Source: Podarcis pityusensis
Taxonomy: Eukaryota
DNA length: 64,000 nt
Strand: one strand, 5' to 3'
Assembly: GCA_964106645.2 (NCBI GenBank)
Contig: OZ067039.1
The translations under genes and the position numbers were made by a program. Under the pieces are notes generated by a model that saw only the letters and a list, made by a program, of their open reading frames with translations, was not told where the DNA came from and ran no database searches. This document shows positions 12,258 to 24,027 of this stretch, piece by piece (position 1 is the first letter of the stretch; each line of letters opens with the position of its first letter).

Positions 12258-12577
12258 TCCCACAAGTCCACATTGCTCTGCTAAACCCCCTCAATGATAC
12301 ACTGCACCTGCTCTAAGCACGGAGCTACAGTCAGCTCACACCACCCAATTTGTGACTTATCTTGTTTTATTGTGTTGTGTCTTATCTTGTTTTATTGTGT
12401 TCTTATTTTACAGCAGATGCATTTTAAAGTGTGGCTTTATTTTTCCATGTGGCTTTATGGAAAAGCAGCTTTGAATATTTCTTAGAAGAGAGGCTAATGA
12501 GCTTACATATATGTATATACACTTTCCCCCCTTTTTAAACCTATTCTTTTGTCTGAATTCTTAGCTGATCCTTCTTA

Positions 12578-12790
12578 GGAAACGTAAGAAGGGCCCTGCT
12601 GGATCAGGCCCATGGGCTCATCTAATTCAGCATCCTATTCTCAGAGTAGGCAACCATATGCCTGTGGAAACAGGATGGAAAAGTTGTTGCTGTTGCTGTT
12701 GGAGAGCAGAGGCACAGCAAGAGGAAAACGGGGAGTTATTCCCATGTTGTTGCCACAGGGCAAATATATTTGGTGGCCTCAAATACACAA
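12578..12790 (-). mobile_element. CR1-type LINE 3' end fragment
   Basis: gtaagaagggccctgctggatcaggcc..catctaattcagcatcc, matching the 9411 and 31781 copies. Confidence 0.55.
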
Positions 12791-13012
12791 AGCATCTGGG
12801 AACAGCAGGGACAGGCAAGGAGGGAGGAGACACACAACAAGGTAGCAAGGACAAGACAGCTGTTTACTGTAGCGGAGATCTCAGTGGCCACCTTTTCTAC
12901 AAAAGGCACCTAGGAGTTACCCAAATGGCAAAGTGGCAGGCAACAAGGAGCCATGCAGGAACAAGCGACTCATGGTGTATGTTAAGCACAGCAAATCAGA
13001 GGAGATACTTAC

Positions 13013-13155
13013 AGCTCTGCAGGGAGAAATGTTTCTTGTCAGCAGAAGCTGATGCCATCCCCAGGACTAGAGGCTCCGTGTTCCCCAACAAGTACTGAAT
13101 AGAACGGAGCTGGAAACAAGGATCTGCCAGCAGCACAGCTGTTGCCCGCTCAGCC
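13013..13155 (-). CDS. RNF123: RNF123 coding exon (3' of the AMIGO3-hosting intron)
   Basis: ctttttccag| 143 nt (G)[47 protein letters not shown](Y) |gtaagt. Confidence 0.96.
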
Positions 13156-14016
13156 CTGGAAAAAGACAGACAGACATGCTTTATGAAGGCCTTGTCTTGG
13201 AGTGGCAGCACACCTCGCTGCTCTCAGCAATCGCTGTGTGACATGGCCATGTTTGTGTTCATGAGAACTGGCACCTCTGGGAGTAAAGGACACACTCTCT
13301 GGTCTTTAGAGCAATATTGCTTCATTAATATTGTTGTCAGACCTCCTGCCCTGAGGCCATCACAGGCTGCTCCCATTGCTCACTGGTGGCCTAGCACAGC
13401 AATGGATGGTGCAGACCCAATGGCAATGGGAGAGGAAAAGGCAGGAAGTCAGAGAATGGGCCCATATGCTGCCTCCTAAGGGTCAGGTTGCTTTATAAAG
13501 ACATCTGGAACTCCCTCTTGGACAGAGTTGGTGGTCTCAAAGTGTAGGACATCTTGACAGGTCCACCTGACTTAAGATCGTATGCATTATTTTCTAGGTT
13601 GATGAGGCTTCATAAAATGGGGACTGCTTAATTCCAGAGGCTGGTCCCTCAGAAACCAATGGCTTTTGTATAGACACGTAGCACAGCTTAACAATCACCA
13701 AATTTTCCAGCCACCTTGGTGTACAAGTTGCACACAATCAGAGGGCAAATGTCTCCAAAAAGCAACAACATCCTGGCAAATTAAATAGGTCTTGAACAGC
13801 AGAAATTGCATTCTTCATTTGATTGATATTCAACTCAAGAGCAAGAGGCAGCTGTTTAGCAACTAGATTGACTGACATACTGCATTTGCTATATGCTGCA
13901 GCCTGGAAGAACAAGAATGGTGCAGGCGGGGGGAGGAAATGTCACCATGAATTGTCTTGACTAGGAAGCAGTACCTCCATACATTTTAAGCACCTCTTTC
14001 AGCCATTTGTTGGGTC

Positions 14017-14210
14017 GGGTTCAACAAACAGGTCCTACTAGTGGAAGCCTGAGCAAAGGCTGGTCCTCTTCCCAGCATGCACCCCCAAATTGGCTGGGGG
14101 GGGGGTCAGAAGAACCCCCATAACAGGGGGTGGAGGGGAGATTGTTCTACCAGAAAAGCTGAACTGCTTGCACTGATGGAATGATCTCCTTATCACTATG
14201 TTGAATTCCT
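14017..14210. mobile_element. MITE-like interspersed repeat (second copy about 34470-34700)
   Basis: shared blocks aaattggct..accccc..aacaggg..ggggagat..aagctgaa.tgcttgcact.atgga..cact..ttgaat. Confidence 0.5.
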
Positions 14211-14440
14211 CCTACTTTCTCTGTTATGAGGGATATGATTAGGACAACCAGTAAATATCAAATTATGTATATTTATTTTCATGCTGATGCCAGGTTGTCT
14301 GTTTATAAACAAGCACATGTGAGAGGAAAGAAAGCGGCTGTCCTGAAGGAGCAAAATAATTAAAAACAAATTCTCAGGCATTTAAAGTTATACTTTATGA
14401 ATTCCACCATTAAAAAAACCAACCCTCAGTCTGAAAAAGG

Positions 14441-14661
14441 ATTTTTATTTATTTATTTAATTCATACACCGCCCTTCATCAAAGGATCACAGGATGCTTT
14501 ACAGCATAAAAACACACAATTTTTAAAAAACAAAAAGAATAACCTCCCTCACCACATTTGTTGTCATCTTGTTGCCATAAACACCTGATCATGTTGAGAG
14601 TCCAGTTGCTGTAATGATTCAAGAAAGCTCTTATCTACACTGACTACTAATTATGAATTTA
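14441..14661 (-). mobile_element. L2-tailed retroposed repeat with a distinctive ~110-bp body (second copy 58712-58904)
   Basis: (ttta)n tail plus ccgcccttcatc..gatcacagg L2-type 3' end, followed by AAACACCTGATCATGTTGAGAGTCCAGTTGCTGTAATGAT, nearly identical in both copies. Confidence 0.6.
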
Positions 14662-17600
14662 AAGTAATGACTATGACACCTTACTTACACTGGACCAGCT
14701 GTGATGTATTATTTCTCACTAATTAGTTGTGATTTCTGCTACATTCTTGCAGCCATTTTGACTTACCACTTACCAAATACATGTAGAATTGCAGCTTAAT
14801 AATATAATCTTTTATCAAAATGACCATTCAGAACTTTTAATTACTTCCTCCTACTCTTTCCATTCAAAGAAGATTAAATATGTAAGAACTGTCTTAACAG
14901 GTGAACACAATAGCTAGATTAAGAAGTCTTACAGAATACTTAAACCCTCAAATTTCATGATGGTACACGAAATGATATGTTCATGATGGAACATATCATT
15001 TGCAACAGGAGTTATGTTTCTGCCAGTTTTTTACATAAACACACACACACACACTCACAAAGATTAATTTCTTGTTATTAGCTTTTTTTGTTCTTTGTTG
15101 GTCTTCTTGTTATTATAGATTTGTATTCTTACAATAAGAATTTAATAAAAATTACTTGTTAAAAAGCTCAATTTTTCACGTTCCCTAACTGAAAGCCAAC
15201 CTTTGTTCATCACAAAGCATTAGAAGATATGTCTCATTACTTGTAGCTCCCACAATCAGCAAATGAAGCAGTCACAACAAGACAAGCAGGCCAATAGTAC
15301 AAAGAACTGAAGAGATGAAATTTATGGGAAGTATTAGGCAGCCCTGCACAGAACTATTACAACAGCTACCAACCTCATAAGAGTGAAATGTGAGAACATA
15401 AGTGGAATCTCAAAAGATTAAAATCAGAAGGCACAATTGCCCTCCTCACGTGTGCCTCCATGCATACACATAAAGGGAGATGGTGCTGTGTTCTCCTAGC
15501 CCTGCCCCCGATGTTGCTATACCTCTGACACTTGCACATTGAGTGGGATTCTGCAAAGGCACACCTATGCCTGTACATGGAAAGGCATTTTATGTGAGGA
15601 CACCTCAACCATGCAGGGATCCTTGTCATCTCAATTGTCTATTTGCATACAATTGTACAATACCCTTTTCTGGTATGCCCAGATTTCAGATATGCAGCAA
15701 CAGTACTGGCCCTGCCTTTCTCCTGCCCTCCATATTTAGTGAATGTGTACGGTTCAGTGCTAAGCACATGGCAGCCAGAAGCAGAATGGGCAGTGTTTCC
15801 TGGTAATCCAGTATAAACTCTTGGAGCTATTGTGATAATTTGAAAGCATGAACTGCGCTAGCACTGTACAGAGAAACACACTGGGCCCTTCCTACCCTCA
15901 ACATACCAAATAGCGGAATTAAAGCCACATCATTTCCTGAAGACCACTGATATGAAACAGGGGTTTATGGGACACTGTGCTGATGTACTTTTGGAGTGGT
16001 TCACACTCTTGTCTCTCTCACTGCTACTCCCTTGTCTCGCTTTCTCTTTATCCACATCTCCCTCTTCCCCCATTTTCTTCCCTCCTTATCCTATGTGGAC
16101 CTGGGGCTGCTGGTTGCCCAGCCTGCTCTGTGGGTCACTGTTGGACCACATCAGAATACAGGGATTGGTTACAGATACAAAGCAGCACTTTCCATCCTTG
16201 TAAGAAGCAGTAAGCCTGCTTCCTGGGATGCAGCCAGTGCATTTCCAAGGAACATGCATTTGTTTCTACTGTACACTTAACTTTATGGCTGTGCAAAGCT
16301 GCCAGTGGGGACTACTGCTGTCTGGCACCCCTTTCCTCCAAGGAAGGCTAAGTCAACATTCAGAAAGGGCCATTGTGAGTGGTTTGTCGAGGGCAGAATG
16401 ATCCAGACTGCTCAGCAATGCAGCACTTGGGTGTAGAGAAAAAGGGACCGAATTGCTTTAGAGCACTATTAGCTTTCCTACTCATAAAGTGAGGAAGGCC
16501 GTTCCCTTGCCGAGAAAGGAATTAACACACAGTCAGGGTGCTGCCGAAATACCACTCATTTGAAGACATACGCAAATCTCTTACCAATACCAGGGAGAGC
16601 AGCCAGAGCACTTTGAACTGACCTGTTTCAAGAGACAGGCCTCCTGCTTCATTCAACCTGTGGGGCACACACTGGTGCCATAACTGTCCTGAGGACTCTG
16701 CTGAGAGATGGAGAGGTTGCTCACCTGGAAAGGAGGGTGCACATGCCGTGGAGAAAGGGGCTTCAGGTGACCTTCTCTAGGAGTGTGTTCAGGACTTGCA
16801 TTTGTTATAGGGAAATCAGCAAAAACAAAGTGGTCCTGTAAAAGACTGTATGTGGCATGTCTACTGCCAGGTACATGTATGATACAATACCAAAGTGCAA
16901 ATCCAGACACAGGCAATTGCAAAGACCTCAAAGAAATGGATGGTTGAGCTAACCCAATGTTTTGTGTTGAATTTTGACTATTTCTACTGAGGAATCTTAT
17001 ATCGTTCCAGAAAACATCAGATGCTTTAATGGTCATGTTGTATTTTGCTAATGGGTTTTGTGTTGTCTTCTCCAGCTGCTGAGACTGAAAAGCTTTGCAT
17101 AGCTTGAAAAAAATTGTGAGAGGAAAGTCCAATTTAAGCATGTTAGGCCTAATGGAATTACAACCCACAGATCACTTCCTGATGGCTAAAACTAATTTGA
17201 TATTAATTGAATTACTCTTCCTGCTCAGCCTGCCACATAGCAGTGACCTAGCTCTCACTGAAGTGGTAAACATGTGTCTCACTTGTACCAGTTCACAGTG
17301 CATTTGGAGGCTCACATGGTGGGATGCTCCCCTACACATGAGCATGCCAGAGAGAAGACCAGACCAGAGGCCTTCTTCCTGACATGCTAGTTTTCTAGGT
17401 GAAGGGATATTTTTTTTCATGAACAAAGGAAAATTCAATCACGTGAATCCCCACTTGCTCTCAGAGAGAACTGGATATTTTTGTTCAATTTCTTTAATAA
17501 AATAAATGCTTAAATCCGCATCATCTCAGATGATGATTTTAGCTCAATGACCTCAACATTCAAGCCTACTTCATCAACTATATGGAGAATGTAAAGTTCA

Positions 17601-18076
17601 TGGGCCTAACCAGGTCTGACTTCACATACTGTTGGATATATAGATAAAGGATTACGGACAGCTCAGTTCTTGTAAAAGTTTTGCTGCTTTGCATCATCCA
17701 TTTTGTGGAGAAGTATGTTTGACACTGGGTCTCAACAACACTTTCACTTCCCTTCCCTGGAAAAATACACCACTTCAAGATCAGAGAGGAGAAATCAATT
17801 CATTTACAGCTCACTTCAGGGCATACGCATACACTCTGGAATCACAATTCAAGAAAGACATGGACAAAGGAAAAACAGAACACTTAATATTTGCTTAGAG
17901 GAAAAGGATTGCAAGTGGGGGCAGAGATTAATTTTACATATATTTACAAGGTGTTCAGGAAGAAAAACACTGTATCACCAGAAGACTATTTAAATTACAG
18001 AAAGGCTGTGTGGTTGTTGTTGTTTTTAAATTAAACATTAGGTAATTTGAGCTAACCCTGTCTATGGAAATTATGT

Positions 18077-18250
18077 TAGGATTGCCATATTTCAAAAAGT
18101 AAAAACCAGGACATCCCAAAAGTTGATGAGTTGTTTTTTGTTTCGATTGACTTGCCTAAGATCCAGGACAAAGCGCCTCCTTTCAGACATCAATTCCACC
18201 TTTGGAAATCCCAGTAATGTCTGGGAAAATCCAGATGTATGGCAGCCCTA
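18077..18250. mobile_element. hAT-like MITE with TAGGGTTGCCA-type TIRs
   Basis: taggattgccata ... tatggcagcccta termini; related to 53186-53442 and to a terminus near 22078. Confidence 0.65.
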
Positions 18251-19271
18251 AGTTACCGTATCACTCTCTTTCATTCAACATTTGCATGAAAGGGTCGTCT
18301 GTCCAGAGTAGCCTTTCCTTTTTCAGATCCAGGAGAGGCCTTTCATTTCAACCTGAAGAATGGGGAACCCCATTTTAAAATCCATTTGCAGCCTGTCTCT
18401 TAGTTACCATTGGCGTGATCCACCTTCTATCAGACCCAGTTGTGGCTCATGAGTTGAAGACCAATGGCATAGCACAGAGGCAGGGAATCTCAGGTCTAAG
18501 GGTCAAGCACAGCCCTAGTCTAGGCTGCTCTCTCTGTCCTCAATAATTCTCCCCAGGCTACCCCCTCACTCAGAGTGTTTTTGCCTGGCTGGAATGTGTC
18601 CTTGTACTCTGATAATGCCTTTTAACTTGTCTGGATGGAGGACAGAGAGGGTTGTGTATGTCTGTAGAAAGTAGCCTACTGTTCAAAGGGCACAAACACA
18701 TTCATTGCTCTGTCCATTTTTGCCCCATCCCTACCCATCACTGGCATGTGGCCCTTCAGAAGGTTTTCCAGAAAGGAAATAAGAATAAGAGTACACTGGA
18801 ATAAGAGTACACTGCCTTAATATACTGCTTGAGTCATATGATCAGTGGGATTAGGCACAACTCTGAAGTTAAGAGGGAAAAGGGAGTTTTGTAGAAGTGA
18901 CACAGTGCCAGCCTAATTTCTATTGGATGGGATTGCAGAAATGATGAAGAAGCCTGCACCATTAACTCCTAAGAAGCCATCTCTTTTGGCTGCAAAGTTC
19001 ACTTCCTTTCCCTTTTCAGACCTTGACCTTCAAAAAAACTTGTCACCTTTAAGAGATGTGTCAGTACAGTCCTATTGTTCCAATGGCAAAGATGAGCAAG
19101 ACAGCTCAAGGTCATTACATTTTGGGTTGCAAAACGAAAGCTAAAGTAACATAGTTCTTACAGATTTCAAATGCAGACTACATCAGGCCTAAATCGGAGC
19201 CCTGAGAAACACTGTCATTCAGTAATTTGTCAGGAGCACAGCTCAAGGCATGTCTAACAGCCAATAGTAAT

Positions 19272-19438
19272 AATAAAAAAAATCCTTCCAGTAGCACCTT
19301 TAAGACCAACTAAGTTAGTTCTTGGTGTGCAAGCACACGAAAGCTCATACCAAGAACTAACTTAGTTGGTCTTAAAGGTGCTACTGGAAGGATTTTTTTT
19401 ATTTTGACTATGGCAGACCAACACGGCTACCTATCTGT
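19272..19438 (+). mobile_element. 5'-truncated Penelope-like retroelement with inverted pseudo-LTR and partial hammerhead-like motif
   Basis: 13-bp direct repeat AGCCAATAGTAAT at 19259-19271 and 19439-19451; perfect 55-bp inverted repeat (19272-19326 / 19349-19403); tail actatggcagaccaacacggctacc resembles squamate Penelope ends (recall). Confidence 0.75.
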
Positions 19439-22076
19439 AGCCAATAGTAATGTCACCATGGAAAGTTACAGAGAAAATATCTCCTTTTTTAACAATGAAA
19501 AGGCAATTATCTCACACACCCTGAACTTATCTTATAAAAATGCAGCAGTCGCTACTGAATCTTGCTGAGAGTGGAAAAACACTGGCCATTAAATGGCAAC
19601 CCCATATACAAGCTAGAGTAGTGCACTCAAAGGTCTTTGATTAACCCAACATCTTTGCATTAGAAGCATTCCACTCACTTGGCAATTAGGAATAAGTTTA
19701 GGGCACTTGCTTGGATGCAGTCAATTTACCATGCACTTGCCATACCAACTTTATGCAAATCACTTAAAATTGATGCATATCACTTAAAAGAAGAGTGTTG
19801 GTTCCCAACCACATGCATTTAGAACTATTTAGACCTTTAAAACATGGTCCCTTTAGCATATGTAGTGGTTGTAAATGAATGCACTGTTTCCTCAGGGTTC
19901 TTACTTCACATGAATTAGATGCTACATCTTTCATTTTTTGGCTCACACACATAAATTTTTGTTAGTTTTCTGTTGGGGGGAGGAAGGTATGTCATTTTTC
20001 CATCAGTTTAAATGTAGGATATCTTAATTATTGCTACAGAGAAAAATGAATATGTATAAGTGCATCCCTATATTTGAAAATGAATTTAAAGTATTTTTTT
20101 TTTAAAAAAAGCATGGTCCCAGCTTCACCAAAAGAAAGCCAATCTTGCATTACAAGTAAGAGGCAGGTTTCAAGAGATTAATGTTTCAAAGAAAAAGACT
20201 TGCATAAAAATCACATGTACTAATTTATATGTATAGCTGCAACATATACATACATATATATTATTATTAACATCAGAAATAGTTACTAAAATTTAAACAG
20301 ACATACAGAGCTTCCTACTTATGCAGGGGTTATATCCCAGGCCCCTGCACTCGTAAGTGAAATTGTGTAAAGAGGGAAGCACCCTCTAAAAATCCTTTAA
20401 ATGCTTTCTCTTTAATTCATACCAAAAATACTGCACGTATTCCAAAGAACTGAAGCTCTGGGGCTGGCAGGAGGCTAGAGGATGCATGGGAAAGCTGCTG
20501 CTGCTGCTGCTGCACTACCCCACACACCAGCTGTTAAGTGGGGAAGCTGAGCCCTGCTGTGCCTCTGGTCTCTTTGGGGCTTCCTCACGAGCTGAGAGGA
20601 CTCTCCAGCTCTCTCTTGCCACTTCTGGGTATGAATTGAATGACTTAATTACTTTCTTGTGCTGCACATATACACAGTCACACACAAGTAGAACACACGT
20701 AAGTTGGGGGGTGCCAGTATAATACACCTAATCTTACCATAATGGAGAGGAGAAGGACTTGTGTGCCTGCTCAGTCTGCTGTACACATGCTAACTGCTGG
20801 TGGGCAACATCAAGGCCTCTCCTGCTCTCCTCTTTCATGGTTCTTTATCTTTAAATTGGACTTTGAATTGAGAGCCCTTTAAATGGAGGGTGACTTCAAA
20901 TAGAGGCTATCCTCTGTAAACAGAACACATGGCCACTCTGGAAGAGACAGAGGAATAAGCTAGGAGGAGGGGAGACAGGGGCACTCAGCAATAAGGGGTC
21001 ACTTAAGATATGTAGTAGGGATCTCTGATTGCACATTTAAAAGCAGCTGCACAAAAACATGCAAGCAACTTTACATAGGGAAGCATCTGGCAAATATTTT
21101 CCCCAAAACATCTCCCTTGCAACTTGTAAAATAGAGGGTTAAGCACCCACTACGTCCTGCAGCTGCTGCAGCCAAATTAGTCATTTGCTGTACTAATGGA
21201 AAGCAATTATTCTGCTTTGATTTTCACTTTCCTCAAATAAAGCAGCCTGGATCTCCCAGGAAATTGCCCTCCAGCTGCTGCTCTCTCTGCCCCAGCAATT
21301 ACTCTACAGACATGCCTGGTCAACTTTGAGCATCTGTTTAGGGGCAAAGGGTAAGTCAATGGCATGCAGCCTCTCTCTTGCCCTCTGTCCATTGAGGAGA
21401 GCAAACTGTGTTTCTAGAGAGTTGGAATTACTGGACAAATCTCAGTCACCTCTGCCTCTGCTTTGATCAGAGATCACTTATTGCAGTTGGACCTCTCTCC
21501 AGCCCAACAGTCTCACCTGATGGCTGATGGCACCAATGCAGCCTCCAATTCAAAGGATGCAAGTTGAGGTCACACTATTGGTTCAGCCACAGGTGACCAT
21601 GAAGTGATGAAAATCCAAGATGGTCAAGTATATCAATACCAAAAGTATAAAAGCCTCAACAAATGTCAAATATGTAAATAGGGAGGAAGGGAGGAAAATC
21701 AATAACCTGTGCCTCACCAATTATGTAGATACTGGCATACAGCACAGACTAAAAAAAGACAATGGTTGTAGGGAGTTTGATTTGGCTTCTGAAATCTATG
21801 CATCTGCCCTTGAGAATTCTATCATTCTCCCTCTTCTTCCCTCCCTCTCTCTCTCAAACACATTTGCTTCCTCCACAGGAACAACACTTGCTAACACCTT
21901 AGCAAGATCATCCACACAATAAACAGCCAATAATAATTGCATCAGCACACACAGAAAATGAAAATGAAGAGAAGGGGCAAAATCTGAATGGAGAGTCAAC
22001 TTTTTTTTAATGCTGGCATTTTGAATGTTGCTCAACTTTTGTGCCCGGATTTTCGCTTTTTGAAATATGGTAACCC

Positions 22077-22207
22077 TAGGTGTGAGGAATCTTTGGCTCT
22101 CCAGATATTGCTGAACTACAATTCCCATCATCCTCAGCAAGCATGGCCAGGGATGATGCGAGTTGTAGTTCAGCAACATCTGGAGGGCCAAAGGTTCTGC
22201 ACATCTG
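22077..22207. mobile_element. Palindromic hAT-type MITE
   Basis: ctccagatattgctgaactacaattcccatcatcc ... ggatgatgcgagttgtagttcagcaacatctggag inverted symmetry. Confidence 0.75.
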
Positions 22208-22219
22208 CTCAAGGACAAT

Positions 22220-22377
22220 GATTTGCTGTATAGCTAAGTTGGTTAGAGCATAGTGTTGATAACACCAGGGTTGTAGGTTTGATTCCCCTACAGCACAGTT
22301 GCATAGTCCTGCATTGCAGGGGGGTGGACTAGATCATCCTTCCTCAGGAGTCCCTTCCAACTCTATGATTCTATGAT
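22220..22377 (+). mobile_element. tRNA-head / CR1-tail SINE (P.s.1/Squam2-like)
   Basis: A box TAGCTAAGTTGG (22231), B box GGTTTGATTCC (22276); 3' tail cctgcattgcagggg..ggactagat..cccttccaactctatgattctatgat shared with the CR1 end at 37414-37481. Confidence 0.8.
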
Positions 22378-23850
22378 CAGTTTCCTTATGCAGAAAAATT
22401 GAAAAATGAGATAAACTGAAAAGCTGGATAACCAAAAGGACCTGTGATGGCATGGAACAGGTCTGTTTGATCTAGTACAGCCAAGCAAATTATAATGCAT
22501 GACTTCACCCCAAAGTGTAAAGATAGCACTGATCGAATTCAAAGCCGAACACTCTACTGCTATCAGGAATTTGGCAGTGACAGAAAGTGTGGTTGTATAC
22601 CTCTACAGAAGCATACTGCAAGGATAATGAGGTTGTACACTGCTTGTACGAAGCCAAGGTAACAACAAAGGATGAAGGTTGGAGAAACAGAGTGAGGTGA
22701 TAATCTGGCATAGCAACAGAAAGGATGTCACTGCCTCCAGCCATAAGCCTTCCCTGAGGACACCATATCCTGGGAAGGACCACAGTGAGGAAAATTTCAG
22801 AACTGTGCCAGGGGAGTCACTTGTTAACTTCAAAAGGCTGAAAGACTCAAACACACCAGTCACAATGAAAACAGAAGCCTCAAGCTCAATTTGCTTTCAC
22901 AGAATCAAGGAGTTGGAAGCTGAAGTGGCTGGCAGGGTGGACACAACCTCCTAACGGAGGCAGCACTGCTGCTGACTGGGACAGAGAGTCCCAAGCTTGC
23001 CACTGCCCTGCCCTGTTCTGAGAAGCAGCAGCAATGCTGCTGCTAGGAAGCTGCTTTCACAGCCCCGGCAGCTGTTGCTGGTTGGAAGGGCACCCCACTG
23101 GTCAATACAATATCTGCATCTCTGGCAGATAACTATCCAGTCTCTGCTTAGTTACCTCCACCTTTGTTAGTCTGTTCCATTGCTGAATGGCTATTACCAT
23201 TCAGAAGGTTCTCCTAAGTTTCAGCCAAAATCTACATTCTAGTATGAATGTGTATTTATACATTATGCTGTGCTTTGGGTATTAAAAAACAAGCTTTCAG
23301 GTGTGCATACACTGAAAGTCTGTGATGCTGACATAAGGTTTTTTTTAAACTATATTTTTAGTTAAAAGGCCTAATCACAGAAGCTGTCATGAAGGCCACA
23401 AAGAAACTACAATCACATGTATACTATCCAGAACAATAGGGTCACAATCTTGGTTGTGGTCCTTTGGTGCTACGATGTGATCTATTCTTCCATGCCTACC
23501 CCTAATAAAAAAATAATAATAATTCAAGCAAGATCCAAAGATTACAAAATTGCAAAGACTTACATAGATGCACTGAGAAACTGTAAACAGCAGAGGAGCT
23601 TGGGCTGCTTCGCAAGACCCACCCCTCCTTTTACTAAGCCTGCTTCTTTATCTCCCCTTGTAATAGTGCTGCTGGCGCAAATTGCTGCAGCTCTCATGTG
23701 CCACTCTGATACCCAGTCCAAGGATAGCTGTGCAGGATTTTTCTGCCCCCACACGGCACAACAAAGAAACTACATGCCATTCAGAAAAAAAAACCCTTCA
23801 CTACTGTCCTCCCCTTCCCCTCTCTTCTTATCACCACTCCCTCTTACACA

Positions 23851-24027
23851 AGCCAATAGGATTTCTTCTTGGTCCACAAAGCTTACCCTTCAGTGTTCAC
23901 AGGCAGCTTGTAAATAGGAGCAGAAGAGGGTGAAAGTGTTTGCATACAGTGCTGTCGGCTGAAAGATGAAACAACCGGCAGGAAAGAGTGATGCTGCTCA
24001 ATATAACCCAGAAAGGAAGATATCCGG
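23851..24027 (+). promoter_or_regulatory. Candidate AMIGO3 core promoter and non-coding first exon
   Basis: AGCCAAT box 23851-23857, TATA-like TAAATAG 23911, donor CGG|gtaaga at 24027/24028, matching acceptor tgccctttcacacatcag| at 24588. Confidence 0.45.

Noticed and set aside
14612-14647. gta-ATGATT...CTGA-ctac resembling C/D boxes or a SECIS core
   Set aside because: Too short, imperfect C box, antisense to the host pre-mRNA, and the CTGA is absent in the second copy at about 58885.
18783-18814. Perfect 16-bp tandem duplication gaataagagtacactg
   Set aside because: Ordinary local duplication next to a MITE remnant; nothing suggests function.
20306-20717. Possible old Tigger-like element bounded by TA
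   Set aside because: Terminal inverted repeats too degenerate to call with confidence.
22231-22290. tRNA-like A/B boxes here and at 30545, 46140 and 12210
   Set aside because: Degenerate SINE heads fused to SINE bodies, not functional tRNA genes.
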